Of a stretch of 64,000 nt of DNA, positions 19,193-29,080 are shown piece after piece. A model generated the notes under the pieces. It was not told the DNA's origin, did no database searches, and saw only the letters and a program-made list of their open reading frames with translations. Made by a program: the position numbers and the translations under genes. The stretch is from an uncultured bacterium (GTDB lineage Bacteria > Poribacteria > WGA-4E > WGA-3G): contig CAZZBB010000068.1 of NCBI GenBank assembly GCA_964652195.1, positions 102,398-166,397 of the forward strand, given 5' to 3'. Within the stretch, counting starts at the first letter, position 1. Every line of letters starts with the position of its first letter.

Positions 19193-20542
19193 CTACTGTC
19201 TCACATATCCTGTTGTCCCGTTCCGTTCTTGTTTATGTGTTTCCCAATATTCTTCGATACCATTTCGCCATGTCTGTGCTGCTTCTGTTAACTCATCAGT
19301 AATATCTGGATACTCGTCTTTTAGATTCTTGGTTTCACCCATATCTTCATTAAGATTTGCAAGGTGGACATCATCTTCAGGAGGTGCACCTTCCACTAAT
19401 CTACCGTTAAGGACTAATTTCCATTCGTTTCGCCGCATTGCTGTTTGATCTCCCATTTCCCAGAAAATATCCGTATGAGGTGAATACCATCCATCACACA
19501 CCATGCCTATTTGGTTTTTTCCATCAAGTTGATATTTTGATAAATCTCCGTCTGCAGCGGATAGGAACGTAGGAAACACATCCATAGCTGCCCCACAATG
19601 GTTAACAACATTTCCGGGTGGAATTTCCTTTGGCCAATGCATTATCCCTGGTGAACGAATTCCTCCTTCATATAAACTGAACTTATGTCCTTTTAGTTTA
19701 CCTGCACTTCCGCCATAATAAGGGTCTTGTGTTCCATCTAACCAGTTTCGAGTTTCCCGAGAGGGTCCATTGTCACTTTGGAAATATGAGAATGTATTCT
19801 CCGCGATGCCCTGACGTTCAAGTTCGGCAAAGATCGCGCCTACACTGTCATCAACTGCACTCAACATGGCAGCCATAATTTGTCTATCCCAAGGTAGATC
19901 TGGAAATCTAACTATATATTCTTGAGGAGCATGCATTGGATAGTGTGGTGCGTTATAAGGAACGTAGAGGAAAAATGGTTTTCCGATTTCAACAGATCTC
20001 CGTATATATTTGATGGCATATTCGGTAATTAATTCAGTAAAATACTCGCCATTTCGATATATTTCCTCACTATTTTCCCAAAGATCATGTGTTTGGTCAA
20101 AATCTGGTCTTCCCAATCCCCAATAAAAGATGTGAGAGTAGAAATCTATACATCCAGCCATGAAACCGAACCAATCATCAAACCCGTGATCTTCCGGTCT
20201 TGAACCTTCAGCGAGACCTAAATGCCATTTACCTGTCATCGCGGTATAATATCCAAGTTCCTTAAGAGCTGTGGAAATTGTTGGAACGGATGGTGGTAAT
20301 CCGGTAGCAGTTCTATGACCAGATAAAATTGATCTTACACCTGCATGTGCAGGATATCTACCTGTTAATACTGAAGCACGAGATGGTGAACAGACAGGTG
20401 AATTAGAGTACCAATCTGTAGAGCGGATACCTTCAGATGCCATTCTATCTATATGAGGTGTCTTAAAATCTGTTGCCCCCATACAGGATAAATCACCATA
20501 TCCTTGGTCATCAGTAAGAAAGATAATAAAATTGGTTTGCAT
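19193..20542 (-). CDS. Sulfatase (Cys-type, arylsulfatase-like) with no apparent signal peptide
   Basis: N-terminal 'FLTDDQGYGDL' and the FGly signature 'C-S-P-S-R' (CSPSRASVLTGRYP). 449 aa. Confidence 0.8.
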   Translation of the reverse strand: MQTNFIIFLTDDQGYGDLSCMGATDFKTPHIDRMASEGIRSTDWYSNSPVCSPSRASVLTGRYPAHAGVRSILSGHRTATGLPPSVPTISTALKELGYYTAMTGKWHLGLAEGSRPEDHGFDDWFGFMAGCIDFYSHIFYWGLGRPDFDQTHDLWENSEEIYRNGEYFTELITEYAIKYIRRSVEIGKPFFLYVPYNAPHYPMHAPQEYIVRFPDLPWDRQIMAAMLSAVDDSVGAIFAELERQGIAENTFSYFQSDNGPSRETRNWLDGTQDPYYGGSAGKLKGHKFSLYEGGIRSPGIMHWPKEIPPGNVVNHCGAAMDVFPTFLSAADGDLSKYQLDGKNQIGMVCDGWYSPHTDIFWEMGDQTAMRRNEWKLVLNGRLVEGAPPEDDVHLANLNEDMGETKNLKDEYPDITDELTEAAQTWRNGIEEYWETHKQERNGTTGYVRQ

Positions 20543-20591
20543 GCTTTCTCCTAAAACTCATCAATGAAAGATGAATCATCTTTTGAATTAA

Positions 20592-22130
20592 TCACTTTTT
20601 CCAAAAGCTCCGATCCAGACTTCGGTATTGTATAGCTTCAGAGACATGCCCACTTTCGATATTAGGACATCCATCCAAATCAGCAATGGTTCGGGATACT
20701 TTCAAAATACGGTCATAAGCTCTGGCACTCAATCCTAATTGGTTAATTGCTACTCGTAATAGATCTTGTGCTTGTGATTCGATTTTACAATACTCTCGAA
20801 TCTGCTTAGATTGCATATTGGCATTAGAATGTATTGTCGTCCCTTCGAATCTTTGATGTTGTAAACGTCTTGCCTTTTCGACTCTATTACGAACTTCATC
20901 AGATTGTTCACCAGTAACCTCTGCAGAGAGTTCCGCATATTTTACTGCTGGAACTTCGACTTGGATATCAATCCTATCTAACAGGGGACCAGAAATCCGT
21001 GAAACATAGTTTTGTATTTGGTTGTCAGTACATTTACATTCCCGATTTGGATCGCTGAAGAAACCACATGGACAAGGGTTCATTGCAGCAACCAGCATGA
21101 AATTAGCTGGATATGTAAGTGATGCTGCAGCGCGTGAAATAGTAACATGACCATCTTCTAAAGGTTGTCGCATCACTTCAAGTACATTTCTCCGGAATTC
21201 GGGTAGTTCATCAAGGAATAGTACACCGTTATGTGAGAGACTGACTTCACCTGGACGCGGAATATTTCCTCCACCAATCAGACCTGCATCAGAGATGGTA
21301 TGATGTGGGGATCGAAATGGTCGTGTTGAGACTAAGGGTGTATCACTTGGTAAAATCCCAACTATGCTTTGGATTTTTGTCGTTTCCAAAGATTCTTCTG
21401 TTGACAATGTTGGCAATATTGAAGGTATCCGTTTTGCTATCATTGTCTTACCTGAACCTGGTGGTCCAATCATTATAATGTTGTGTGATCCAGCAGCTGC
21501 TACTTCAATAGACCGTTTAACATGCTCTTGTCCCTTTACATCAATTAGATCAAGATATGTATTATTATCTTTGTCTTCAGTAATGGAACTTAGAGTATGT
21601 GATTCAGGTGTAATTTGCTTACTTTCATTGAGAAACGATGCTGCATCCGTAAGACTTTCAATTGGATAGACATTTAACTCCTCAACAATTGCGGCTTCCT
21701 TTGAATTTTCTGCTGGGAGGATTACATTCTGAATACCGTTATCTTTTGCTGCAATTGCTATTGGTAACCCACCTTGTATATTTCTAATTGTACCATCAAG
21801 TGCCAATTCCCCTAATATCATAGTATTTTCAAGTCCACTAAGATTTATTTGATTCGTTGCTGCCATTACACCTATGGCGATGGGTAGATCAAAAGCAGAT
21901 CCAGCTTTTCGTATATCTGCTGGGGCTAAATTTGCAGTTATCCGACTTGGTGGGAAGTAAAAACCTGAATTCTTTATTGCTGCAGTAACTCTATCCTTAC
22001 TTTCCTTGATTGCACTGTCCGGTAAACCGACTGTACTGAATGAAGGCAGTCCTTCTGCAACGTCCACTTCGACTTTTACAATATAAGCGTCAATACCCAG
22101 CACAGCACTACTAAGGACTGTTGCAAGCAT
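20592..22130 (-). CDS. comM: YifB/ComM family Mg-chelatase-like AAA+ ATPase
   Basis: 512 aa with an N-terminal Lon-like/ChlI domain, Walker A 'GPPGSGKT' and an MCM-type arginine finger region. Confidence 0.85.
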   Translation of the reverse strand: MLATVLSSAVLGIDAYIVKVEVDVAEGLPSFSTVGLPDSAIKESKDRVTAAIKNSGFYFPPSRITANLAPADIRKAGSAFDLPIAIGVMAATNQINLSGLENTMILGELALDGTIRNIQGGLPIAIAAKDNGIQNVILPAENSKEAAIVEELNVYPIESLTDAASFLNESKQITPESHTLSSITEDKDNNTYLDLIDVKGQEHVKRSIEVAAAGSHNIIMIGPPGSGKTMIAKRIPSILPTLSTEESLETTKIQSIVGILPSDTPLVSTRPFRSPHHTISDAGLIGGGNIPRPGEVSLSHNGVLFLDELPEFRRNVLEVMRQPLEDGHVTISRAAASLTYPANFMLVAAMNPCPCGFFSDPNRECKCTDNQIQNYVSRISGPLLDRIDIQVEVPAVKYAELSAEVTGEQSDEVRNRVEKARRLQHQRFEGTTIHSNANMQSKQIREYCKIESQAQDLLRVAINQLGLSARAYDRILKVSRTIADLDGCPNIESGHVSEAIQYRSLDRSFWKK

Positions 22131-22508
22131 ATATGAATTCCTCTTCTTGATTATTCTTAAGCATAATTTCTTTTTATATATTTAAATCCATTATTTTTTA
22201 GACACTTTCATGGGTGAGTTTAATATAAAAATCTGTTTACTTTATATGTTTCTTAATTCTGACGCAACTATAGGTATCGATTTAGGGATACACCTTTCGC
22301 CCCGCTGAGGCTTAGGTTATTGGTGATAACGTGTTTTATAAACATTCCGTCCCTACGGGACTCAATTTACCAAACCAAGAGCAACATAACCTAAAATTGA
22401 CGCTAATGGTTTTAAATCTGACGCAACATATAAAATGAATTCTATTTTGCTCCAGTGAGTAGCATGTAGATAACAATACATAGCACTCCTTGGAGTGCGG
22501 TGTTTAAC

Positions 22509-23528
22509 TTAATGAGGATCACCAGTGAGTTTATTTAATAGTTGCAGTTGTCTGGGATCAGCGATAACAAACAGTGCATCTCCAGCATCAATTATCCACT
22601 CTCCTGAAGGGTTATAGATATATTGTCCATCCTTACTTCTTAGGGCAATTACAACCAGACCTGTTTCTCCTTGTATATTTGATTCTCGTAATGGTATACC
22701 TGCGAGTTTTGAATCATCTTGTACGATGGATTCAGCAAACCGAGTTGTTTGACGGCTTTGTTGCATTTTTGATATGAAGTCAATTAGATGTGGTTCGAGT
22801 ATGCCTGATGCGAGCCTAATTCCACCGATATGGTCTGGCAATACAACTTCATCCGCCCCTGCGGTGATAAGTTTGTCAGGAGAGTTGTTTTCAACAGCCT
22901 TTGAAACAATCCGTATTTTTGGATTAAGGTTTTTTGCAGAAATCACGACAAAGAGATTATCCTGGTCTCGACTCAAACAAGTGACTAAACCTTTTGCCTG
23001 TTTTACTCCTGCACGTATGAGTACATCATCATCTGTTGCATCACCCTCAACATACAGAAATTCTAAGGTTTCCTCAAGATGTACTAAACGTTCTTCTTCT
23101 ACTTCTATCCCAACAAAATTTACGTCGGATTTTAACATTTCTTCAAGAACATGTATCCCTGTGTCACCAAGTCCACAAATAATATAATGATCTGATAGTT
23201 TTTCTACGGTTCGTATCATTTTTCTTTGTTTAAAAATACTAAGGAGTTGTCCTTCAATTAGAAAAGCAATTGCGATTGTTACGCTATAGACAAAAACACC
23301 GTATCCACCGATGAGTAGAAACATGGTGAATATACGTCCACCTTCGCTCATCCCCATAAGGGTGTGTCCCGCTGTTGTCAGAGTTATAACAGTCATAAAA
23401 ACTGCATCAAGTAAGCTCCAATCTTTGGTTGGATTGTTACTTTCAGTGATTGTATAACCGATGGATCCGAGAATTAATAGTCCGATCAATAGCGAGAACG
23501 CGATAATTATCTTGGGTTGATAATTCAT
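22509..23528 (-). CDS. Potassium-channel family protein with TrkA-N/TrkA-C (RCK) domains (MthK-like), atypical pore sequence
   Basis: 2 TM helices plus a pore helix 'TVITLTTAGHT', followed by a Rossmann 'ICGLGDTG' RCK domain. Confidence 0.7.
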   Translation of the reverse strand: MNYQPKIIIAFSLLIGLLILGSIGYTITESNNPTKDWSLLDAVFMTVITLTTAGHTLMGMSEGGRIFTMFLLIGGYGVFVYSVTIAIAFLIEGQLLSIFKQRKMIRTVEKLSDHYIICGLGDTGIHVLEEMLKSDVNFVGIEVEEERLVHLEETLEFLYVEGDATDDDVLIRAGVKQAKGLVTCLSRDQDNLFVVISAKNLNPKIRIVSKAVENNSPDKLITAGADEVVLPDHIGGIRLASGILEPHLIDFISKMQQSRQTTRFAESIVQDDSKLAGIPLRESNIQGETGLVVIALRSKDGQYIYNPSGEWIIDAGDALFVIADPRQLQLLNKLTGDPH

Positions 23529-23641
23529 TATCCTACGTTTTGTTGCCCTCCTCGTTATTTTATTCTTTAACCTAATATAACAAAGGTCATTTTACTTTTG
23601 GTTCGGTTACAATTGTCAAATGGAAATGGATGGTAAGAAAT

Positions 23642-24112
23642 TTAAAGTTCTTCTTTTTCTTCTTCACCATCTATAGGTGGATGGACTTCATCGGTATCAT
23701 TATCTGATGTTTCTTGCTTTGAAGTTTCATCGGTACCGGTAGGTGAGTCAGGTGTAGATATATTTTCTTCAGATTCAATTGTTTCCGTTTCTTTAGATAA
23801 CTCTTGCTGGTTATTAATTGCCCTGACGTAATTCATTCTCAATTCGTATAGTGAGTTCGCTAAGAAATTAGATTCTGGTGCGGTTAGATTCCCTTTAGTT
23901 TTCTCATCTAACATCTCTATTGTATCTATTACCCTTTTTACTAACCCAAGATTTACAATTATTTGTTCTGTCTCAGGATCTTTGAATCCTTCCAAATAGA
24001 GATGAGCAGTTGTGACAAGATCTTGCAGGTAAGTAGTAAAACTCACCGGTGGTAGCTGGGAATCTTCTTGGATTGTGTTATCATCCATGTCATTTCTCCT
24101 AAAACTTAACAA
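23642..24112 (-). CDS. Hypothetical acidic protein
   Basis: 156 aa with a Glu/Asp/Thr-rich C-terminal tail. No motif recognised. Confidence 0.35.
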   Translation of the reverse strand: MLSFRRNDMDDNTIQEDSQLPPVSFTTYLQDLVTTAHLYLEGFKDPETEQIIVNLGLVKRVIDTIEMLDEKTKGNLTAPESNFLANSLYELRMNYVRAINNQQELSKETETIESEENISTPDSPTGTDETSKQETSDNDTDEVHPPIDGEEEKEEL

Positions 24113-24162
24113 CTGAAGGCATTGATATCACAGTTTTATAATACAGTATAAGGTATTGAATA

Positions 24163-24531
24163 TTATGTATCAAGAACGATAATTTGTGCTTGTAAACTTC
24201 CAGCTTGGTTGTTGTTATTTGGGTTCTCGTTCATAGCGAGAAAAATTACACCTTCTGCTGGAGCAGGATTATCGTAACGTGATCCGACAGCAAAAACATC
24301 ACTTCCAATTTTTGCAATCAATGCGCCAATATTTGTTCCTGGGAGTAAATATCCATCTCCTGCAGGAGTCTTTGCAACCCCGTCAGCCCCACACCATCCA
24401 GTACGATTTTGTAAATCCGGTGACCATGCACCATCCGCATCAATTACAATTCTTTGTCCCTTTTCAACTCTAACATAACTTTCTTGCCAAACTGGACTCG
24501 GACGCGCGGTCCGAATAACAGATAATGCCAT
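24163..24531 (-). CDS. PA-IL (LecA)-like lectin fold protein
   Basis: 122 aa, the same size as P. aeruginosa LecA. Shares the pattern G..I.I.A.GAWS...W...G....A..G.L.PG.N.GALI.KIG....VG.....A.G.I.L..N.N....GS....I. Confidence 0.5.
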   Translation of the reverse strand: MALSVIRTARPSPVWQESYVRVEKGQRIVIDADGAWSPDLQNRTGWCGADGVAKTPAGDGYLLPGTNIGALIAKIGSDVFAVGSRYDNPAPAEGVIFLAMNENPNNNNQAGSLQAQIIVLDT

Positions 24532-24586
24532 TCAACACTCCTTATTTGTAGGGTATGGTTTATTCTATTTAACTAATTACCCGAAT

Positions 24587-25228
24587 TCATTCTTTATCAC
24601 GTTCTCGAATTGAGATATTAATAATTTTATCATCTTTTACAAGATTATCTAATACATCAAGTCCTTTAACAACTTTCCCAAGCGTCGTAAAGTCATCATC
24701 TAATATAATAGGCGATTTACAGATAAAGAATTCATCTGCATCTGAGACGGATTCCCCTTCTACTTTCGCCATCAATATGACACCCTTAACGAGTTGATGA
24801 TCCCCTTTTTCTATGGGTAGAGTGTCATCCACAAAAGCTGAACCAGCCTGAACGATTAGTTCTTCTACCCGATGAAATTTCTCGTTCTTATAATAATTTA
24901 GATTTGCATGTTTGATAAATGCCTTTGCTGTGATTGGTGCATCAGATGCAAAGAATTCAAACTCAATATTTCCTTTTTCCGTTTCTATCACAGCAATTGC
25001 ATTCGCTGGGTCAATTGCAGGTTTAGCTTGAGGCGTGGGTTTCTCAACCTGTGTTTCTGGTTTGGATACTTCTTGTGAAGTATCGGATTGTTGAGTTGTC
25101 TCACTTGTATCAGTAGTTGAAGATGATTGTTTATCTTGTTGTGTACATCCGGAAATACCAATAAGAAATACACATAGTATGGACCAAAAGATGTAATTAT
25201 ATCCATTAATTCTCTGCTGCCTTAACAT
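24587..25228 (-). CDS. Cyclophilin-type peptidyl-prolyl isomerase, lipoprotein-like with a Thr/Ser/Gln-rich linker
   Basis: C-terminal cyclophilin-like domain (…IETEKGNIEFEFF…FHRV…). N-terminal signal plus Cys. Confidence 0.65.
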   Translation of the reverse strand: MLRQQRINGYNYIFWSILCVFLIGISGCTQQDKQSSSTTDTSETTQQSDTSQEVSKPETQVEKPTPQAKPAIDPANAIAVIETEKGNIEFEFFASDAPITAKAFIKHANLNYYKNEKFHRVEELIVQAGSAFVDDTLPIEKGDHQLVKGVILMAKVEGESVSDADEFFICKSPIILDDDFTTLGKVVKGLDVLDNLVKDDKIINISIRERDKE

Positions 25229-25769
25229 ATTTCGACTTAGCCTCCAAACGAATTGTGGTGATTCTGTCGCCTATTGCTAACATATCGACGACGTGCATCC
25301 CTTGAATTACACCACCAAAGGTAGTATATTGTCCATCAAGATGAGGCTGTGGTTGTAGACAGATGTAGAACTGACATCCAGAGGAGTTTGGCATGTTTGC
25401 TCGAGCCATAGCAACAGTTCCTCTTATGTGTTTCCGTTGATTTGGATTGGTATATTCATCAACAATTTTCCAACCCGGGTCACCAGTTCCATCTCCTTTC
25501 GGACACCCTCCCTGAATAATATTTAATCCTGGTTGGTTGACAATTCGATGGAATGTTAATCCATCATAGAATTTCATACTGATTAGTTTTTTGAAGTTTT
25601 CAACAGCCACAGGTGCGGATTCGTCATAGAACTCAATTACTACGGTGCCTCTTTCAGTCTTAAGCACAGCAACTTTTTCTCTGGATTGATTAGCACCTGG
25701 AAGGAGAGAACATGCAGTAAAATAGTTTAGAATTAATAATAGTGGTAAGATGTAAACAAATTTCTTCAT
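25206..25769 (-). CDS. Cyclophilin-type peptidyl-prolyl cis-trans isomerase (PpiB-like), secreted
   Basis: 'FHRIV..F.IQGG', 'G.V.M.A......GSQFFI' cyclophilin signatures. Signal peptide present. Confidence 0.85.
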   Translation of the reverse strand: MKKFVYILPLLLILNYFTACSLLPGANQSREKVAVLKTERGTVVIEFYDESAPVAVENFKKLISMKFYDGLTFHRIVNQPGLNIIQGGCPKGDGTGDPGWKIVDEYTNPNQRKHIRGTVAMARANMPNSSGCQFYICLQPQPHLDGQYTTFGGVIQGMHVVDMLAIGDRITTIRLEAKSKYVKAAEN

Positions 25770-25778
25770 GACTTAGCC

Positions 25779-26561
25779 TTATTTACCTTTAAGACGTGCC
25801 CAAGTAGTAGCGAGTTTTCCTTGGGATTCTACGTTTAGAAGTAATGGATTGTCCATATCAGTTAGCAACTCATCCTCAGTTAGAGCATAGTTATACATCT
25901 TTATTTCATCAAGTGCGCCGGTGACATACCTTTCCTTTCCACCCCTTGCACCGATATATAATGCTCCATTGTTTGGAACAAGTTCCCCTTTACAATCTAA
26001 TTGTTTATTCAAGACACCATCAATGTAAAGTTTTATGGTATTCCCGTCCCAAGTACCTGCCATAAAATGCCAATTTCCATCAAGTATACTTCCACCAACA
26101 TTTTCATCATCACAATTATCGGGTAAATCAAAGAATTGTAGAATAGAACCACCACGATAGAAAGCAGCGAGGGTATATAAACCTGCCCCCCATGCGGGAC
26201 CTTTTTCAACCCCTGTTTGTACATCAGCTCCGGCTCTTAATTTTGCCCAGAATTCAATTGTAATTCCATCAACTATATCAATACTGGAATGGTCAGGAAC
26301 TTCGCCATGTGTTTTTCCGTCGAAATCAATTGCTTTTCCAAATTTACCTTCAACAAGTTTGGGGGATCCCGTGAAAGTTACATCATTCCGATATTCAGAT
26401 GAATCTTTGGATACCTTTCCATTAAGCTCATCAAATGACAAGTGTAAAACAAGATCTTCTGCATTTGTTATTTCAGAGAGGATTAGGAATGAAAACATTA
26501 AGATAGACAAACCGATTATGTATCCAACACGTTTTCTTGTGTTATGTATATAGTAGTACAT
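25779..26561 (-). CDS. Secreted LamG/concanavalin-A-like lectin domain protein; C-terminal 'KLATTWARLKGK' motif
   Basis: Signal peptide. Laminin-G_3-like pattern (…ITIEFWAKL…LYIDGVL…YIGARG…DEIKMYNYALTEDEL). Confidence 0.55.
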   Translation of the reverse strand: MYYYIHNTRKRVGYIIGLSILMFSFLILSEITNAEDLVLHLSFDELNGKVSKDSSEYRNDVTFTGSPKLVEGKFGKAIDFDGKTHGEVPDHSSIDIVDGITIEFWAKLRAGADVQTGVEKGPAWGAGLYTLAAFYRGGSILQFFDLPDNCDDENVGGSILDGNWHFMAGTWDGNTIKLYIDGVLNKQLDCKGELVPNNGALYIGARGGKERYVTGALDEIKMYNYALTEDELLTDMDNPLLLNVESQGKLATTWARLKGK

Positions 26562-26675
26562 ATTACTCCTTGAATTATATAATAATTCTTATTTAGCGAA
26601 TATTTCTTTATAGAGATGAAAACTTAGATTCAATCTAATCTAAATTAGTGCTATTTCATATATTAAGAATAGCAA

Positions 26676-26696
26676 AATTGACTTGAAAAGTCAATT
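26676..26696. promoter_or_regulatory. Perfect 9-bp inverted repeat AATTGACTT-gaa-AAGTCAATT
   Basis: Read from the sequence. Lies in the 1.4-kb non-coding region between divergent genes. Confidence 0.35.
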
Positions 26697-26821
26697 GATT
26701 TCTTGAATCGGTGTGTGTAAAGTTTTTGACATGCTTATCACGGACCATATAGTTTTTAGTTGTTAATTGTTCACAATAGTAACATAATTACTATTTACAT
26801 GTTTAGAATTGTTACACTTTT

Positions 26822-26838
26822 TGTCACATGGTGTGACA
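26822..26838. promoter_or_regulatory. Palindrome TGTCACA-tgg-TGTGACA
   Basis: Read from the sequence. Confidence 0.35.
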
Positions 26839-27310
26839 TTGATAAAATCCATCTCCCGTTAGTACTACACTGGGTTTACAGTCACTTTTTTAAGGTTACA
26901 AGAATTTGTCCCAATTACAAAATATGATGAATTTTGTGTCGTTTCCTATTCTTCTCATCCATTGAATTGGGATCGCATGAATGTGAAATATCTTCTCAAT
27001 CCATTTTGAAAAGATATTCAAGTTTATCTCATAAATCATATATTTGGAAGATTTATTATAATGTAAGATCTGGGATCGGAATCCCCTCCTACAGAAGAGT
27101 CTAATCCTTAGTAGTATTTTCACAACACATTTTTTCCAAGAGTATGTAATAAACTGCTCTAAAGTCAATCCCAGAAAGAGTTTGTAGATATATCTAAATA
27201 AATGTTAGTTTTTTTAACTTTTTTAGAAAATTCATACTTTGTTTTTGTTTGAAGTGTTCTAAACCCTGTTCTGGTATAGGTTTGTAAGGGTATTAGATTT
27301 CGATTTTCTT

Positions 27311-27327
27311 TTCACAACTGTTGTGAA
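27311..27327. promoter_or_regulatory. Perfect 17-bp palindrome TTCACAAC-T-GTTGTGAA (operator-like)
   Basis: Read from the sequence. The TTCACAA(C/T) half-site recurs at ~26776 and ~27117. Confidence 0.4.
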
Positions 27328-27960
27328 AGTTATATAACAACAATTTCATGACAATTTCAAGATTTGTTTTACTGTAATAAAAACTGTAATTTAAATAGTA
27401 ACACAATAAAAATACAGATGTCAATCAAAAAGTTATTTTATGTGATATTATTTTAGAATTTATTAACTATTGTCATTTTGTTTTTAGTATAATTTCGATT
27501 ATTATATATCTTTAGTTGTGTTATGGTTTGGTTTTCTTCAATATTTTTCATTTTTTTTGGTTATTATATTCTTAGTATATTTTCTATATGTAAAATTCAT
27601 CCTTTCTACAGTTATGAATTGTCGAGTTGTGGATGGAGGATGTGAGGGTGGAAGTGGTCTGAATCACGGATTTCGTAGATTACACAGATTACGTAGAGAA
27701 AAGGGTATGTTTGGAAAGATGGAATGATGGATGAGACGAGTTTATGTTATACACTTTACAAAACTTGCATAAAAGCTATAGAATGTATGCGTCGCGAACC
27801 GTGCGATCAACAGTGCTGGCTTGTAGTGAAACTGCGTGATGATATACCTGACTCAGTTCAATTTACCTCTGTCCAGTTAATTATCAAACACACGTTACAA
27901 TAGAATTTAATTGTTGACTATAAATATCAATCAATGTATTATGGATACGGAGGTGATTAC

Positions 27961-28950
27961 ATGATTGATCGACGTGGATTTTTAAAAACTTTGGCAGGAT
28001 TGACAACAGGTATACTACTATCTTCATCCAATTCTGAGGGTCAAGAGCCACAATCAAGCGATAGGTTAGGTACACTTCTTCCTTTGCGAAAATTTGGTAG
28101 AACGAATGAAACTGTAACGATGTTGGGAGTGGGTGGTTGGCATATCGGTGATATGTCCGAAAAAGAGGCACAAAAGACCCTTGAAACTGCCCTTGAAGGT
28201 GGTGTTCGCTTTTTTGATTCGGCAGAATCCTACCAAGCCGGTGGTAGTGAAAAACGTTTAGGTAAGCTTTTAATCCCGAAATATCGTGACGATGTTTTTA
28301 TAATGTCAAAAACAACTGCACGTGATGCAGATACAGCGAGAAAACATCTTGAAGGAACTCTAAAACGTCTTAATACCGACCAGATAGACCTCTGGCAAGT
28401 ACACGCTGTTCGTAATCCTGAGGATGTTGATGGGAGGGTCAATGGTGGTGTATTTGATGTCATGGAGGAAGCAAAGAATTCAGGTAAAACAAGATTTATT
28501 GGTTTTACAGGACATACAAGTCCTTCTGCTCATCAACGTGTGATGCATCATTCTGATATTTTTGACGCTTGTCAGTTACCAGTGAATTTAGCCGATATTA
28601 ATTATGAGAGTTTTATTGAAAAGATAATACCTACACTCGTAGAACGAAATATAGGTGTAATTGGCATGAAATCCTTGGCAAATGGGGGCTTTTTCGGAGG
28701 AACAAGACACGGAAGACATGGTCCGAATCCGAGAGTCGTTCCAAATAGGGTAAGTATATCTGAAGCCATCCGGTTTGTCTGGTCATTTCCAGTGAGTACT
28801 CTTGTTACTGGACCGGATAACGCTGAACAAATGAAAGAGAAAATTGATTTAGCCAAGAAATTCAATGGAATGAAAGAGGATGAACGTCAGAAGTTAATCG
28901 ATAAGGTTGCTGATATGGCTGGTACGACAGTAGAGTTTTATAAAGCTTGA
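27961..28950 (+). CDS. Aldo/keto reductase with a twin-arginine (Tat) signal peptide
   Basis: 'MIDRRGFLKTLAGLTTGILLSSS' Tat motif. AKR fold motifs (GVRFFDSAESY, LGKLL). The ORF-track start at 27934 is probably an upstream extension. Confidence 0.75.
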   Translation: MIDRRGFLKTLAGLTTGILLSSSNSEGQEPQSSDRLGTLLPLRKFGRTNETVTMLGVGGWHIGDMSEKEAQKTLETALEGGVRFFDSAESYQAGGSEKRLGKLLIPKYRDDVFIMSKTTARDADTARKHLEGTLKRLNTDQIDLWQVHAVRNPEDVDGRVNGGVFDVMEEAKNSGKTRFIGFTGHTSPSAHQRVMHHSDIFDACQLPVNLADINYESFIEKIIPTLVERNIGVIGMKSLANGGFFGGTRHGRHGPNPRVVPNRVSISEAIRFVWSFPVSTLVTGPDNAEQMKEKIDLAKKFNGMKEDERQKLIDKVADMAGTTVEFYKA

Positions 28951-29022
28951 TGTCCAGTTAAGGCGTATTATCATCTCCGAAAAATAAAGCTACAAAAGTA
29001 AGATTAAGTTTGATTTGAACAA

Positions 29023-29059
29023 GGTAATAATATTGGCAGTTATTTCCAATATTATTACC
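29023..29059. terminator. Bidirectional terminator hairpin (14-bp perfect stem GGTAATAATATTGG / CCAATATTATTACC, 9-nt loop) between convergent genes
   Basis: Perfect inverted repeat read from the sequence, flanked by A/T. Confidence 0.55.
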
Positions 29060-29080
29060 TATTCATCAATATAGCGAAAT

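Noticed and set aside
22141-22508. Possible CRISPR array suggested by repeated hairpin units in the intergenic regions
   Set aside because: The repeats are heterogeneous, irregularly spaced and not separated by unique spacers of constant length. No cas genes are present. They are REP/MITE-like.
26896-27727. Small ORFs (26896..27168 minus strand, 27518..27727 plus strand) inside the 1.4-kb AT-rich region
   Set aside because: Composition-driven ORFs with no motifs and poor start contexts. The region is better interpreted as regulatory or non-coding.
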